From NCBI GenBank assembly GCA_028823995.1, contig JAPPFD010000009.1, forward strand, positions 20,361-84,360: a stretch of 64,000 nt of DNA, read 5' to 3'. Position 1 is the stretch's first letter; every line of letters starts with the position of its first letter. Below, piece after piece: positions 39,825-50,171 of the stretch. The stretch is from a bacterium (GTDB lineage: Bacteria > Actinomycetota > Acidimicrobiia > Spongiisociales > ZC4RG35). The notes beneath the pieces were generated by a model. That model did no database searches and was not told where the DNA came from. It saw only the letters and a list, made by a program, of their open reading frames with translations. The position numbers were made by a program, and so were the translations under genes.

Positions 39825-41456
39825 ATGATCGAACACCAGCCAGAGACAACTTCCGGTATACCCCTCAAGCTTCTGTACGGCCCCGATGACGTCCCCAGAG
39901 ACATCCGGGAAGCCCTTGGCGCCCCTCCCGGGCGGGCGCCTTATCTCCGAGGCGCGTATCCCCGTATGTACCGGGACCGGCCATGGAGGATCTTCCAGCT
40001 CTCGGGGTACGGGAACCCCGAGGACATGAACGAGCGCCTCAAGTTCCTCCTGTTCGAGGCGGGGGAGACGGGGATCATCATCAAGCACGACCGGATGACC
40101 GACGATCATCTCTACGACGTCGATCACCCCGAGATCGTGGAGCGCCGGGAGGACGTGGGCCTGACCGGCACGGTCACGGTGGGCTTGAGGGACTACGAGA
40201 CCATCCTCTCCGACCTGCCCCTCGACTCCATCTACGCCAAGCCGGGAGGAGGGGTGCCCCAGTCGGCGGTGTACACCCTTCCCTCCTACTGGTCGGTTGC
40301 CACCCGCCGGGGGATACCGCTCGAGAAGCTGGCCGGGACCGGCCAGAGCGACTTCTTCCTGACCTACCTGGGGTGTCCCACCAAGGAGCAGATCCCGCCA
40401 GAGGCCGCGATCCGGTTCAATCTCGATCTGATCGAGTGGTGCTCCGAGCGCATGCCCCGCTGGGTCCCGGTCTCCATCGCCGGCTACAACGCAGCCGACA
40501 GCGGGCTGTCGGCCCACCAGGAGCTGGGAGCCGTGATGGCCAACGCCGTCCAGTACCTGGACATGATCGCCGCCCGGGGGAAGGTGGACGTGGAGCGGTT
40601 GGCCCACCGGATCGGAGGGGTGAACTTCCGGGTCTCCATGGAGGTCTTCGAGGACGCCGCCAAGCTGCGGGCGGCCCGCAAGATGTGGTCGGACCTGCTG
40701 GGGCAGCGTTACGGGATCACCGACGAGAAGGCCCGGCAGATGAGAATCCACGTGGTGACCGCCGGGAGCGCCATGACCTACCAGGAGCCGTTCAACAACA
40801 TCGTGCGGGGCACCCTTATGGCGCTGTTCTCGGTGCTGGGAGGCACCCAGTCACTGGGGGTGTCCGGCTACGACGAGGCGATGTCCATCCCGTCCGATCA
40901 CGCCCATCTGATGTCCATCCGCATCCAGCAGATCCTCCAGAACGAGATAAACCTGCGGGAGATCGCCGACCCGCTGGGCGGGAGCTACTACGTCGAGTCT
41001 CTCACGGGAGAACTGGAACAGCGGGGCTGGGAGTTCTTCGACCGGATCCAGGACCGCGGGGGCTTTCTGGCCGTGCTGGACGACGGGTTCCTCCTGGAGT
41101 GCGCCGAGGAGAACAACCAGAGGATCGCAGTGGGGATGGAGTCGGGAGAGCGGGCGATCGTGGGGGTCAACACCCACACCATCGACGATCCCATCATGGA
41201 GGTCGAGGCCTTCGAGGGGAGATCGGGCGCCGAGACCTGGGAGATGGCGATGGAGCGTCTCTCCGACCTGCGGCGCACCCGCCACGGCCGGGGTGCGGTG
41301 GAGGCCCTGCGGAACCTGGAGGAGGTGTGCCGGAACGACTCGGTCAACGCCATCCCCGCCTTCATGGAGGCGGTGAGCGCCGACGCGTCCATCGGGGAGA
41401 TCGGGAGCGTGCTGCGGGAGACCTTCGGTGACTGGCAGGTCCCGATCAGTGTCTGA
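39825..41456 (+). CDS. methylmalonyl-CoA mutase family protein, catalytic (substrate-binding) subunit
   Basis: 543 aa, colinear with the MCM/ICM N-terminal TIM-barrel domain (YLRGAYPRMYRDRPWRIFQLSGYG..., GIIIKHD..., GGTQSLGVSGYDEA...). Confidence 0.85.
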   Translation: MIEHQPETTSGIPLKLLYGPDDVPRDIREALGAPPGRAPYLRGAYPRMYRDRPWRIFQLSGYGNPEDMNERLKFLLFEAGETGIIIKHDRMTDDHLYDVDHPEIVERREDVGLTGTVTVGLRDYETILSDLPLDSIYAKPGGGVPQSAVYTLPSYWSVATRRGIPLEKLAGTGQSDFFLTYLGCPTKEQIPPEAAIRFNLDLIEWCSERMPRWVPVSIAGYNAADSGLSAHQELGAVMANAVQYLDMIAARGKVDVERLAHRIGGVNFRVSMEVFEDAAKLRAARKMWSDLLGQRYGITDEKARQMRIHVVTAGSAMTYQEPFNNIVRGTLMALFSVLGGTQSLGVSGYDEAMSIPSDHAHLMSIRIQQILQNEINLREIADPLGGSYYVESLTGELEQRGWEFFDRIQDRGGFLAVLDDGFLLECAEENNQRIAVGMESGERAIVGVNTHTIDDPIMEVEAFEGRSGAETWEMAMERLSDLRRTRHGRGAVEALRNLEEVCRNDSVNAIPAFMEAVSADASIGEIGSVLRETFGDWQVPISV

Positions 41457-41874
41457 GTTCGGACCGAGCCCTCTTCCCCCGGCCAGGGTGCTGGTGGCCA
41501 AGAGCAGCCTGGACGGCCACTGGCGGGGAGTGGCGGTGGTGGCCCGGGCACTCCGGGAGGCGGGGTTCGAGGTGATCCTGGGAGGGATGCTCCGTCCCAG
41601 CGAGATGGCGAGCGTGGCCGCCGCCGAGGACGTGGACCTGGTGGGCATCAATGTCGGCGGCCGGGTGGAGGTGGTGGAGAGGGCGCTGGACGAGATGGAG
41701 GCGGCGGGACTGGGCGACGTCCCGGTGTTCGTGGGGGGGACCGTCCCTCCCCAAGCCGTTCCCCGGTTGACCGAGCGGGGAGTGGGGGTGTTCCCTCCGG
41801 GAAGTTCGCTCGCGGCGATCGTGGAGGAGGCCCGCCGGCTCACCGGCCGAGATTCCCCCGCACAGAGGCTTTAG
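41428..41874 (+). CDS. cobalamin B12-binding domain protein (mutase small subunit); may start at GTG 41449
   Basis: RVLVAKSSLDGHWRGVAVVARALREAGFEVILGG is a DxHxxG B12-binding motif. It lies immediately after the mutase large subunit. Confidence 0.8.
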   Translation: MTGRSRSVSEFGPSPLPPARVLVAKSSLDGHWRGVAVVARALREAGFEVILGGMLRPSEMASVAAAEDVDLVGINVGGRVEVVERALDEMEAAGLGDVPVFVGGTVPPQAVPRLTERGVGVFPPGSSLAAIVEEARRLTGRDSPAQRL

Positions 41875-41936
41875 GGGCGCTCCGCACTGGTAACTTTAAG
41901 CCCGTATTCTCGACTAGCACAGAGGAGATGCCCCCA

Positions 41937-43670
41937 ATGGTGATGACCCCCAGCGAGGCTTTGGTAGAGACTCTCCGGGTGGAGGGAGTGACCGAGATCC
42001 CCGGGATCGTCGGATCGGCCTTCATGGACGCCCTCGACCTTTTCCCCGCCGCCGGCATTCGGTTCGTCCCGGTCCGGCACGAACAGAACGCCGCCCACAT
42101 GGCCGACACCTACGCCCGGACGACCGGCCGTCCCTCGGTTTGCACCGCCCAGAACGGGCCTGGGATCACCAACATGGTCACCGGCATCGCCGCCGCCTAT
42201 CACGCCCACTCCCCGGTGGTGATCCTCACCCCGTCGGCGACCTCGGGCTCGGTGGGACTGGACGGGTTCCAGGAAGTGGAACAGCTCTCCATCTTTCGCT
42301 CCATCACCAAGTTCCAACTGCAGGTCCCCCGCCCCGATCGCATGGCCGAGTCGGTCCGGACCGCCTTCCGGATGGCCATGGCCCACCTCGGCCCCGTGCA
42401 GGTGGACATCCCCCGCGACTTCTTCTACGGCGAATCCCACGAGGACATCCTCGAACCCAGCCAGTACCGCTCCGAAGAGCGGGGTGCGGGCGATCCCGCC
42501 CGGTTGGACCGGGCCGCCGCCATCCTGTCGGAAGCCCGCAACCCGGTGATCGTGGCCGGCTACGGAGCGGTGCTGTCCGGCGCCTACGAAGAGACTGCCC
42601 GGTTGGCCGAGCAACTCGGCGCCCCGGTGGCCACTTCCTACCTGCACAACGACGCCTTCCCCTACACCCACCCCCTCTCGGTGGGTCCCCTGGGGTACAT
42701 GGGATCGAAGGCGGCCATGGAGCTTCTGTCCGAGGCCGATGTGGTGCTGATGCTGGGCTGTCGGATCAACGTGTTCGGCACGGTCCCCCAGTACGGCCTC
42801 GACTTCTACCCCCATTCGGCCAAGGTGGTGCAGATCGACATAGACCCCGAACAGCTTGGCCGTTCCAAGCCCATCGAGTTGGGGATCATCGGCGACGCCC
42901 GCTTGGCCGCCGAGGCGATCTCGGCCCGGTTGGCCGCAGCCGGCGAACGCCCGGTGAACGGGGCGCGGCTTGACCACATCGCCGACACCAAGGCCCGCTG
43001 GGAGAGGGAACTGTCGGCCCGCTCGGCTTCCGACGCCGCTCCCATCAGTCCCCGTCGGGCCCTGAGTGAGTTGGCTGCGGCCCTCACCGACGACACCTTC
43101 GTCACCACCGACATCGGCAACATCTGTTCGGTCTCCAACGGCTACCTCCGTTTCACCAAGCCCCGCCGTTTCATGGCCGCCATGGGCTTCGGGAACTGCG
43201 GGTTCGCCTATCCGGGGGCGCTGGGCGCCAAGTTGGCCTCGCCGGGGTCGCCGGCGGTGGCGATCATCGGCGACGGCGCGTGGGGGATGAGCCTCGCCGA
43301 GGTGATGACCGCGGTGGAGGAGGACCTGCCGGTGACCGCGGTGGTCTTCAACAACCAGCAGTGGGGAGCGGAGAAGCGCAACCAGATCGACTTCTACGAC
43401 GACCGCTACGTGGGCACCAACATCGGACACGACCTGGGAGGGTTCAATTTCGCAGAGATTGCGACAGCCATGGGCGGACGGGGGATCAGGGTGACCGATC
43501 CCGCCGATCTGAAGGACGCCTTCGGGGAGTCGATCGACCCCGAGGTGGCCACCGTCGTGGAGGTGATGGTCGACCCCGAGGAGTTGGCGGAGCCCTTCCG
43601 CCGGGACGCCCTTCAGCAGCCCGTCCGGCACCTGGACCGCTATCGGCACCTAGCCGCCGACACAACCTAG
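41937..43670 (+). CDS. thiamine-pyrophosphate-dependent enzyme, acetolactate synthase / sulfoacetaldehyde acetyltransferase (Xsc)-like family
   Basis: The ATG at 41937 has AGAGGAG 9 nt upstream. The N-terminus MVMTPSEALVETLRVEGVTEIPGIVGSAFMDALDLF...QNGPGITNMVTGIAAAYHAHSPVVILTPS has the Xsc/ALS pattern, with the TPP-binding GDG...NN region downstream. Confidence 0.8.
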   Translation: MVMTPSEALVETLRVEGVTEIPGIVGSAFMDALDLFPAAGIRFVPVRHEQNAAHMADTYARTTGRPSVCTAQNGPGITNMVTGIAAAYHAHSPVVILTPSATSGSVGLDGFQEVEQLSIFRSITKFQLQVPRPDRMAESVRTAFRMAMAHLGPVQVDIPRDFFYGESHEDILEPSQYRSEERGAGDPARLDRAAAILSEARNPVIVAGYGAVLSGAYEETARLAEQLGAPVATSYLHNDAFPYTHPLSVGPLGYMGSKAAMELLSEADVVLMLGCRINVFGTVPQYGLDFYPHSAKVVQIDIDPEQLGRSKPIELGIIGDARLAAEAISARLAAAGERPVNGARLDHIADTKARWERELSARSASDAAPISPRRALSELAAALTDDTFVTTDIGNICSVSNGYLRFTKPRRFMAAMGFGNCGFAYPGALGAKLASPGSPAVAIIGDGAWGMSLAEVMTAVEEDLPVTAVVFNNQQWGAEKRNQIDFYDDRYVGTNIGHDLGGFNFAEIATAMGGRGIRVTDPADLKDAFGESIDPEVATVVEVMVDPEELAEPFRRDALQQPVRHLDRYRHLAADTT

Positions 43671-43689
43671 CAACGAGGAGAAGTCTTTC

Positions 43690-45030
43690 ATGACCACCAC
43701 TCTCACCACCGACACGCTGGCGCACACTGTTCTGCACTTCACTCCAGGGCAACTGTTGCGCAGCGGAGCGGCGCCGATCTTCGTACGCGGGGAGGGCATC
43801 CACATCTGGGACCAGGAAGGGAACTCCTACATCGACGGGCTGGCCGGATTGTTCTCGGTCCAGATCGGCCACGGCCGGGCGGACATCGCCGCCGCAGCCG
43901 GCGAGCAGATGAAGACCCTCGCCTACATGCCGTCGTGGTCGGCGACCACCCCGGCCACCATCGAGGCCTCCAACCTGATCGCCTCCCTGGCTCCGGGGGA
44001 CCTGGATGTGGTGTTCCTGGTCTCCTCGGGTTCGGAGGCGGTGGAGTCGGCCATCAAGTTCTCCCGCCAGTATCACTCGGCTCGCGGCGAACCGCAGCGG
44101 GTGAAGGTGATCAGCCGCAATCTGGCTTATCACGGGACCACTCTGGGGGCTCTGTCCGCCACCGGCCTGACCGGCATCCGGGAGGCCTACGGGCCGTTGC
44201 TCTACGGGTTCCGAAAGGTCCCTAACACCCTGGGGTTCGACGACGGGGTGGAAGCGGCCGCCCGCGTGGAGGAGGCAATCGTCGAGGAGGGCCCCGAGTC
44301 GGTGGCCATGGTGTTGGCCGAGCCGGTCCAGAACGGCGGAGGCTCGATCGTACCCCCCGCCGGCTACTGGAAGGAACTGCGCCGCATTTGTGACAAATAC
44401 GGAGTGTTGCTCTGCGCCGACGAGGTCATCAACGGGTTCGGACGGCTGGGAGAGTGGTTCGGCTCCGAGGTGATGGGAGTCGTCCCCGACCTCGTCACCT
44501 TCGCCAAGGGCGCCACCTCCTCCTACGCTCCGATCGGAGGGCTCCTGATCCGCCAACCCGTCTTCGACGAGTTGCTGGACTCCCACATCGGCATGTTCAA
44601 CCACGGGGCCACCTGGGGAGGCCATCCGGTGGTGGCCGCCACCTCGGTGGCCAATCTCACCGCTCTCCGCGATGAGGACGTGGTGGGCAACGTGCGCAGC
44701 CTGGCCGGACACTTCCGGGCCCAACTCGACCGGATGGCCGCCGGTCACCGGATTGTCAGCGAAGTGCGGGGCATGGGGTTCTTCTACGCGGTGGAACTGA
44801 CCGCCGACCGCGAGACCGGACGGCGCCTGACTCCCGAGCAGGAGGCCGTGCTACTGAAACAAACGCTCCCTCCCATCATGATGGAAGAGGGCCTCTACAC
44901 CCGCGCCGACGACCGGGGGGAGCCCAAGATCCTCCTGTGCCCGCCCCTGATCTCCACCCGCTCGGACATCGACGAGATGGTCTCGATGGTCGACCGGACC
45001 CTGGAGCGGGCCGGCGCCATGGAGTGGTGA
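43690..45030 (+). CDS. aspartate aminotransferase family protein (class III / omega-aminotransferase)
   Basis: GAGGAG RBS. The class III AT fold is present (GLAGLFSVQIGHG..., a PLP-lysine region). Confidence 0.85.
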   Translation: MTTTLTTDTLAHTVLHFTPGQLLRSGAAPIFVRGEGIHIWDQEGNSYIDGLAGLFSVQIGHGRADIAAAAGEQMKTLAYMPSWSATTPATIEASNLIASLAPGDLDVVFLVSSGSEAVESAIKFSRQYHSARGEPQRVKVISRNLAYHGTTLGALSATGLTGIREAYGPLLYGFRKVPNTLGFDDGVEAAARVEEAIVEEGPESVAMVLAEPVQNGGGSIVPPAGYWKELRRICDKYGVLLCADEVINGFGRLGEWFGSEVMGVVPDLVTFAKGATSSYAPIGGLLIRQPVFDELLDSHIGMFNHGATWGGHPVVAATSVANLTALRDEDVVGNVRSLAGHFRAQLDRMAAGHRIVSEVRGMGFFYAVELTADRETGRRLTPEQEAVLLKQTLPPIMMEEGLYTRADDRGEPKILLCPPLISTRSDIDEMVSMVDRTLERAGAMEW

Positions 45031-45089
45031 TCCCCGGATCCGACAATCGACACGCAAACGCAGGCCTTCAGCTATAGGGAGCCGTCCTC

Positions 45090-46640
45090 ATGAGCATCAG
45101 CAACATCGCCGGGGTCGTCCGGCACCACGCCGCCACCCAGCCTGACAAGACCGCGCTGGTCTACGGGACCGAAGAGGTCACTTTCGCAGAACTCGACGCG
45201 CGTTCGAGCCGGACCGCCAACGCCATGGCGGCCGCCGGGGTGGGACACGGGGACCATGTCGGGTTCCTGGACAAGAACTGCATGGAGTTCTTCGACTTCC
45301 TGTTCGGCGCGGCCAAGCTGGGGGCTGTGCATGCCGGCATCAACTGGCGGCTGGCGCCCCGGGAGATCACCGGCGTGGTGAACGACGCCGAGATCAAGCT
45401 GTTGATCGTGGGGGAGGAGTACGTGCCGATCCTGGACGAGATCGCCGGTGACCTGAACACGGTGGAGAAGATCCTGGTGGTGGGCGGCCACGAGAGCCAC
45501 CAGTCCTTCGAGGAGTGGCGCGACAGCCACCCCGACACCGATCCGGGAGGAGGAGCTCAAAGGAACGACACGGTCTTCTTGCTGTACTCCTCGGGCACCA
45601 CCGGATTCCCCAAGGGCGTGATGATCCCCAACGACGCCTTCATGGAACTGAAGAAGATGTGCTCGCCGATGTGGGGCTTCGACGGCGACTCGGTGAACCT
45701 GGTCAACCTCCCCATGTTCCACATCGGCGGGGTCGGTTGGTCCTGTCTGGGGTTGTACAACGGCAACACCTCGATCGTCGCCCGGGACAACATCCCGCAG
45801 TTGCTGGTGGACCTGACCGTTAACCACCGGGTCTCCAACGCCTTCCTGGTGCCGGTGCTGTTGCAGTTCATGCTGACCGTCCCGGGAGTGGAGGACGCGG
45901 ACTTCTCGGCGCTCCGCACCATCGTCTACGGTGGCTCTCCCATCTCCGAGGAGGTGCTCAACCAGTCCATCGAGGTGCTGGGCTGTGAGTTTGCGGGCGC
46001 CTACGGGCTGACCGAGTCCTGCAACGGGGTGACCACGCTGTTTCCCGACGAGCACGATCCCGGCGGGCCCTATGCCTACCGGATGCTGTCGGTGGGCCGT
46101 CCCCATCCCAACGTGGAACTGAAGATCGTCGACCCGGTCTCCACCGAGGAACTCGCCACCGACGACGTGGGCGAGATCTGGCTGCGTTCCCCCCAGTTGA
46201 TGAGCGGCTACTGGAAGAACCCCGAGGCCACCGCGGAGACGGTCAATGCCGAGGGTTGGATGCGCACCGGGGACGCCGGGTCGGTGGACGCCGACGGGTT
46301 CGTGTACATCCGGGACCGGATCAAGGACATGATCATCTCCGGCGGGGAGAACATCTACCCCGCCGAGGTGGAGAACGCCCTGATGGAGCATCCCGGAGTG
46401 GCCGACGTGGCCGTGATCGGCGTGCCCAGCGCCAAGTGGGGCGAGACGCCCCGGGCGGTGATCGTGGCCGCCGGCGACGAGGCGCCCACCGAAGCCGAGA
46501 TCATCGAGTTCTGCCGGAGCCGCATCGCCCACTACAAGTGCCCCACCTCGGTGGGGACCATCGACGCCATTCCCCGCAACCCGTCCGGAAAGATCCTGAA
46601 AGGGGATCTGAGGGACATGTACCTGGCTTCACAGGGTTAG
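45090..46640 (+). CDS. AMP-dependent acyl-CoA synthetase/ligase
   Basis: LYSSGTTGFPKGVMIPN, ...GYGLTE... and the C-terminal PSGKILK motif. Confidence 0.85.
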   Translation: MSISNIAGVVRHHAATQPDKTALVYGTEEVTFAELDARSSRTANAMAAAGVGHGDHVGFLDKNCMEFFDFLFGAAKLGAVHAGINWRLAPREITGVVNDAEIKLLIVGEEYVPILDEIAGDLNTVEKILVVGGHESHQSFEEWRDSHPDTDPGGGAQRNDTVFLLYSSGTTGFPKGVMIPNDAFMELKKMCSPMWGFDGDSVNLVNLPMFHIGGVGWSCLGLYNGNTSIVARDNIPQLLVDLTVNHRVSNAFLVPVLLQFMLTVPGVEDADFSALRTIVYGGSPISEEVLNQSIEVLGCEFAGAYGLTESCNGVTTLFPDEHDPGGPYAYRMLSVGRPHPNVELKIVDPVSTEELATDDVGEIWLRSPQLMSGYWKNPEATAETVNAEGWMRTGDAGSVDADGFVYIRDRIKDMIISGGENIYPAEVENALMEHPGVADVAVIGVPSAKWGETPRAVIVAAGDEAPTEAEIIEFCRSRIAHYKCPTSVGTIDAIPRNPSGKILKGDLRDMYLASQG

Positions 46641-46652
46641 GGGGAGAGCGCC

Positions 46653-47570
46653 ATGCACATAGGGGCGGTATTCCCCCAGATCGAGATCGGCTCCGACCGG
46701 GCTGCGGTCCGCGCCTGGACAGAGACCGCCGAGGGGCTGGGCTTCGACTCAATCCTCGTCTACGAACACGTCCTGGGGGCGGACCCCTCCCGGCACGTCC
46801 TGACCGGCCCTTACACCCACGAGGACGGTTTTCACGAGCCGTTCGTCCTGTTCGGATACATGGCGGGGATCACCACGCGGATCGAGTTGTGGCTGGGGGT
46901 GCTGGTGCTGCCCCAGCGCCAGACCGCGCTGGTGGCCAAGCAGGCCGCCACCCTGGACCTCCTGTCGGGCGAGCGGTTCACCCTGGGGGTGGGGGTGGGC
47001 TGGAACCAGGTCGAGTTCCAGGCTCTCGGCCAGGACTTCCGAACCCGGGGTCGGCGCTTCGAGGAGCAGGTCCAGTTGCTCAACAAGCTCTGGGCCCAGG
47101 AACTGGTGGACTTCGACGGCGAGTTCGACACGGTGGAGGGAGCGGGGATCAACCATCTTCCCAACCGGCGCATCCCCCTCTGGATCGGCGGTTGGGCCGA
47201 CCCGGTGATGAAGCGGATCGGCTGGTGGGCAGACGGCTGGCTGGCCTCGGCCGGCTCCGTCAAGACCGCCCACCTTCCCGACCGGACCGGCAACACCGAA
47301 GGGCTTCGCAACCGGTTCAAGCTGGTGGAGGAAGCCGCCCGGGAGAAGGGCCGGGACCCCGCAGAGATCGGCTTGGGGATGCTGGTCGGCGAGGTGGGGT
47401 TCACCGGAAGGGTGGGATGGGATCCCGCCGAGTACGCCGAACGCACCAGGGTGTGGGGAACAGCCGGGGTCAGCCACGCCTTCCTGGGGACGATGGGATA
47501 CGACTTCACCGTCGATGAGCATCTCTCGGCCATGGAGGACTTCATGGCCGCCTACCGGAACGGCGGGTGA
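46653..47570 (+). CDS. LLM-class (luciferase-like) F420-dependent oxidoreductase
   Basis: MHIGAVFPQIEIGSD...GFDSILVYEHV...LGVGVGWNQVEF pattern. Confidence 0.8.
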   Translation: MHIGAVFPQIEIGSDRAAVRAWTETAEGLGFDSILVYEHVLGADPSRHVLTGPYTHEDGFHEPFVLFGYMAGITTRIELWLGVLVLPQRQTALVAKQAATLDLLSGERFTLGVGVGWNQVEFQALGQDFRTRGRRFEEQVQLLNKLWAQELVDFDGEFDTVEGAGINHLPNRRIPLWIGGWADPVMKRIGWWADGWLASAGSVKTAHLPDRTGNTEGLRNRFKLVEEAAREKGRDPAEIGLGMLVGEVGFTGRVGWDPAEYAERTRVWGTAGVSHAFLGTMGYDFTVDEHLSAMEDFMAAYRNGG

Positions 47571-47611
47571 TCCGGCTTGCCGGGAGCGGAGCCAGCTAGA
47601 TTGGGAACCCG

Positions 47612-48043
47612 ATGAAACAGACCCCGGTGCTGGAGGGCGCGTTCGTCTCCGACCCCGAGCCTGCCCTGGTGGGAAGCAAATGCCGCTCATGTGACACGGT
47701 GGCCTTCCCGGCCAGCTTCACCTGCCCGAATCCACGCTGCGCCCGAAAGGACGTGGTCTCAACCCCCCTTTCCCGGACCGGACGGCTGGCCTCCTGGACC
47801 ACCGTCCACTTCCCGCCCCCGCCGCCCTTCGTGGCGCCCGACCCGTTCGAGCCGATCACCGTCGTGGAGGTGGAGTTCGCCTCCGAGGGAATCCAGGTGG
47901 TGGGTCCCCTGGCCGGCGCCTCTGCCGAGGGGCTCCGGATGGGGATGGCGATGGAGACGGTCGTGGAGCCCTACTACTCCGACGACTCGGGAGAGGTGAT
48001 CGGATGGAAGTTCCGCCCCGCCGAGGGTGATGCCGGTGAGTGA
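47612..48043 (+). CDS. Zn-ribbon/OB-fold protein (DUF35 family)
   Basis: A CRSCDTVAFPASFTCPNPRC rubredoxin-like ribbon is followed by an OB fold. It is immediately upstream of a thiolase-like gene, as is typical for DUF35. Confidence 0.75.
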   Translation: MKQTPVLEGAFVSDPEPALVGSKCRSCDTVAFPASFTCPNPRCARKDVVSTPLSRTGRLASWTTVHFPPPPPFVAPDPFEPITVVEVEFASEGIQVVGPLAGASAEGLRMGMAMETVVEPYYSDDSGEVIGWKFRPAEGDAGE

Positions 48044-49232
48044 TGTGATAGTGGCCGGCGTGGGGCTCCACCCCTGGGGGAAGTTCCCCGAGAAGAGCTG
48101 GGTCGAGATGGGCGCCGAGGTGGCGATGGGGGCGGTGGCCGACGCCGGCATGGAGTGGACGGACGTGGAGGCGATGGTCTCGGGCGCCATGCAGTGGGGA
48201 GGGTCGACGGGCATGCGGTCGGGCAACACCATCGCCGCGGCGCTGGGGGAGACCGGGGTGCCCATCGCCAACATCAACAATGCCTGCGCCTCGGGGGGTT
48301 CCCTGATGAGGGCGGCGTACGCCATGATCACCTCGGGGATGCACGACTCGGTGCTGGTGATCGGGACGGACAAGTCTCCCAAGGGGTACTTTCCCAGCGT
48401 GCCGGTGCTGGCCGACGAGCCGCGCCCTCCGGTCGACATGGTGCGCTGGCAGGTGGGGGTCCCCAATCCGGCCTACTGGGCGCTCGAGATGCGAAAGCGC
48501 ATGGAGGCCTACGGGTCCACCGATGAGCACCTCGCCCAGGTGAAGGTGAAGAACTCACGCCACGGGTCGCTCAATCCCTACGCCCGCTACCGGAAGGCGT
48601 TCACGCTGGAGCAGGTGATGGCCTCACCCATGGTGTGCGATCCACTCCGCCTGCTGGAGATCTGCGCCACCTCCGACGGCGCCGCCGCGGTGGTGCTGGT
48701 CAGTGACAAGAAAGCCCGCCGGTTGGGAGTGAGCCCGCTGGTCAAGGTTGCGGCATGTTCCCTGGCCTCTGGCGAGTTCGGCGATCCAACCATCCGCATC
48801 CCGCTTCTGGCGGCCGCCTCCGACGGGGCCGCCACCGCGCCTTTACTCTCCGAGAGCCGCCTGGCCGCCCAGATGGCCTACGAGCAGGCCGGCCTGGGGC
48901 CCGAGGACATGGACTTCGTGGAGTTGCCCGACAACTCCTCATGGCACGAGTTGCAATACCTGGAGACCATGGGGTTCTGCGACCCGGGCGAGGCCGAGAA
49001 ACTCCTCGACGCGGGCGAGACCGCGCTGGGGGGACGGTTGCCGGTGTGCCCCAGCGGCGGGTTCTCGTCCTTCGGGGAGGCGACCATGGCCCAGGGCATC
49101 CTCCAGATCGTCGAGGTCACCTGGCAACTCCGCGGGACGGCAGGCGCCCGTCAGGTGGAGGGCGCCACCAAGGCCATCACCGAGGTATACGGCGCCCAGG
49201 CCAACAACTCCGCCTGCATCCTCACCACCTGA
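48027..49232 (+). CDS. thiolase-family protein (SCP-x / lipid-transfer-protein type)
   Basis: VIVAGVGLHPWGKFPE...NNACASGGSLMRAA thiolase motifs. It pairs with the DUF35 protein. Confidence 0.8.
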   Translation: MMPVSDVIVAGVGLHPWGKFPEKSWVEMGAEVAMGAVADAGMEWTDVEAMVSGAMQWGGSTGMRSGNTIAAALGETGVPIANINNACASGGSLMRAAYAMITSGMHDSVLVIGTDKSPKGYFPSVPVLADEPRPPVDMVRWQVGVPNPAYWALEMRKRMEAYGSTDEHLAQVKVKNSRHGSLNPYARYRKAFTLEQVMASPMVCDPLRLLEICATSDGAAAVVLVSDKKARRLGVSPLVKVAACSLASGEFGDPTIRIPLLAAASDGAATAPLLSESRLAAQMAYEQAGLGPEDMDFVELPDNSSWHELQYLETMGFCDPGEAEKLLDAGETALGGRLPVCPSGGFSSFGEATMAQGILQIVEVTWQLRGTAGARQVEGATKAITEVYGAQANNSACILTT

Positions 49233-49373
49233 GCGTGTGATCTGCCCTTTCTTAGTGATGAGCCGACGCCGGGCGTCGGAAGTCTCGGTCCGTTTCGATC
49301 AAAGCTCAGAATGAATGGGTGGTAGGCCGCCCTGTCTCGGTAGGTTCCGTGGTGGCCTTGCCCGGTTGCTCGA

Positions 49374-50171
49374 TCAGGAGTACATGCTTGGAGGGTAGGT
49401 GAAAGATGGCATGACCGGCGGGGGAGGAGGATCTTCTCGAGGAATGGTGTTTCTCACGTTGACCCGGAACCCGATGGACAGGCGCTCGGACAGCCAGTCG
49501 GCGTCCTCGATAGTAACCCTGATGCACCCGTAGGAAGCAGGGAAGGAGGGAACGCTGGTCGAGCCATGTATGGCGAACCCTCCCTTGAAATACCAGGGCC
49601 GGTACAAGGCGCCCAGGCCTGCGTACCGCCATCCGGGTATGTGCGCCTGGATGCGAAAACTCCCCTGAGGGGTGAACGCCCAGGCCCACCCGAACCCCGG
49701 AACGCTGCTGAAGTACCTCTTTCCGCTCCCGCTGGATATGGGCAGGGTGGCCACCACCCTGCCCTCTTCGACGAGGTGCAGCACCTGGCGCTTGAGATCC
49801 ACCTCCACCCTGTTGGGCTGATCCGCCGCGTCCGGAATCTGCGGTTCCCATGCCGATAGGACTTCCATGTCACCGGGCATCAAGGTGGGGACACGATCCA
49901 GATCGGCCGCCTTGTGAAAGGCCAGGATGGCATGGCGCATCTCCTCCCTCTGGAACCCGTCCACCGGTCCCCGGTAGAAGCCCTTGTCGGCCAGAAGGGC
50001 TTGGACCCGGACCAATTCGAGGTCAGCAAGGTACTCGTCGGGAACATTGTGAAGCGGGTCGGCCAGGGCCAAGCCGGACAATGGCGCCATGCAAACCATC
50101 ACGATTGCCGCCAGCGTTAGAGCCGATTTTCGTGAGAAACGATTGAGTTTTCGCGAGAAACAACCGAGCAT
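49374..50171 (-). CDS. L,D-transpeptidase with peptidoglycan-binding domain (secreted)
   Basis: A signal peptide is followed by a PG_binding_1 motif (VRVQALLADKGFYRGPVDG...) and a YkuD domain (HGS...SYGCIRV). Confidence 0.8.
   Translation of the reverse strand: MLGCFSRKLNRFSRKSALTLAAIVMVCMAPLSGLALADPLHNVPDEYLADLELVRVQALLADKGFYRGPVDGFQREEMRHAILAFHKAADLDRVPTLMPGDMEVLSAWEPQIPDAADQPNRVEVDLKRQVLHLVEEGRVVATLPISSGSGKRYFSSVPGFGWAWAFTPQGSFRIQAHIPGWRYAGLGALYRPWYFKGGFAIHGSTSVPSFPASYGCIRVTIEDADWLSERLSIGFRVNVRNTIPREDPPPPPVMPSFTYPPSMYS

Noticed and set aside
49263-49279. Inverted repeat CCGACGCC-g-GGCGTCGG between the thiolase and L,D-transpeptidase genes, as a bidirectional terminator
   Set aside because: The stem is present, but it is not followed by a U-tract on either strand, so I did not list it as a terminator.
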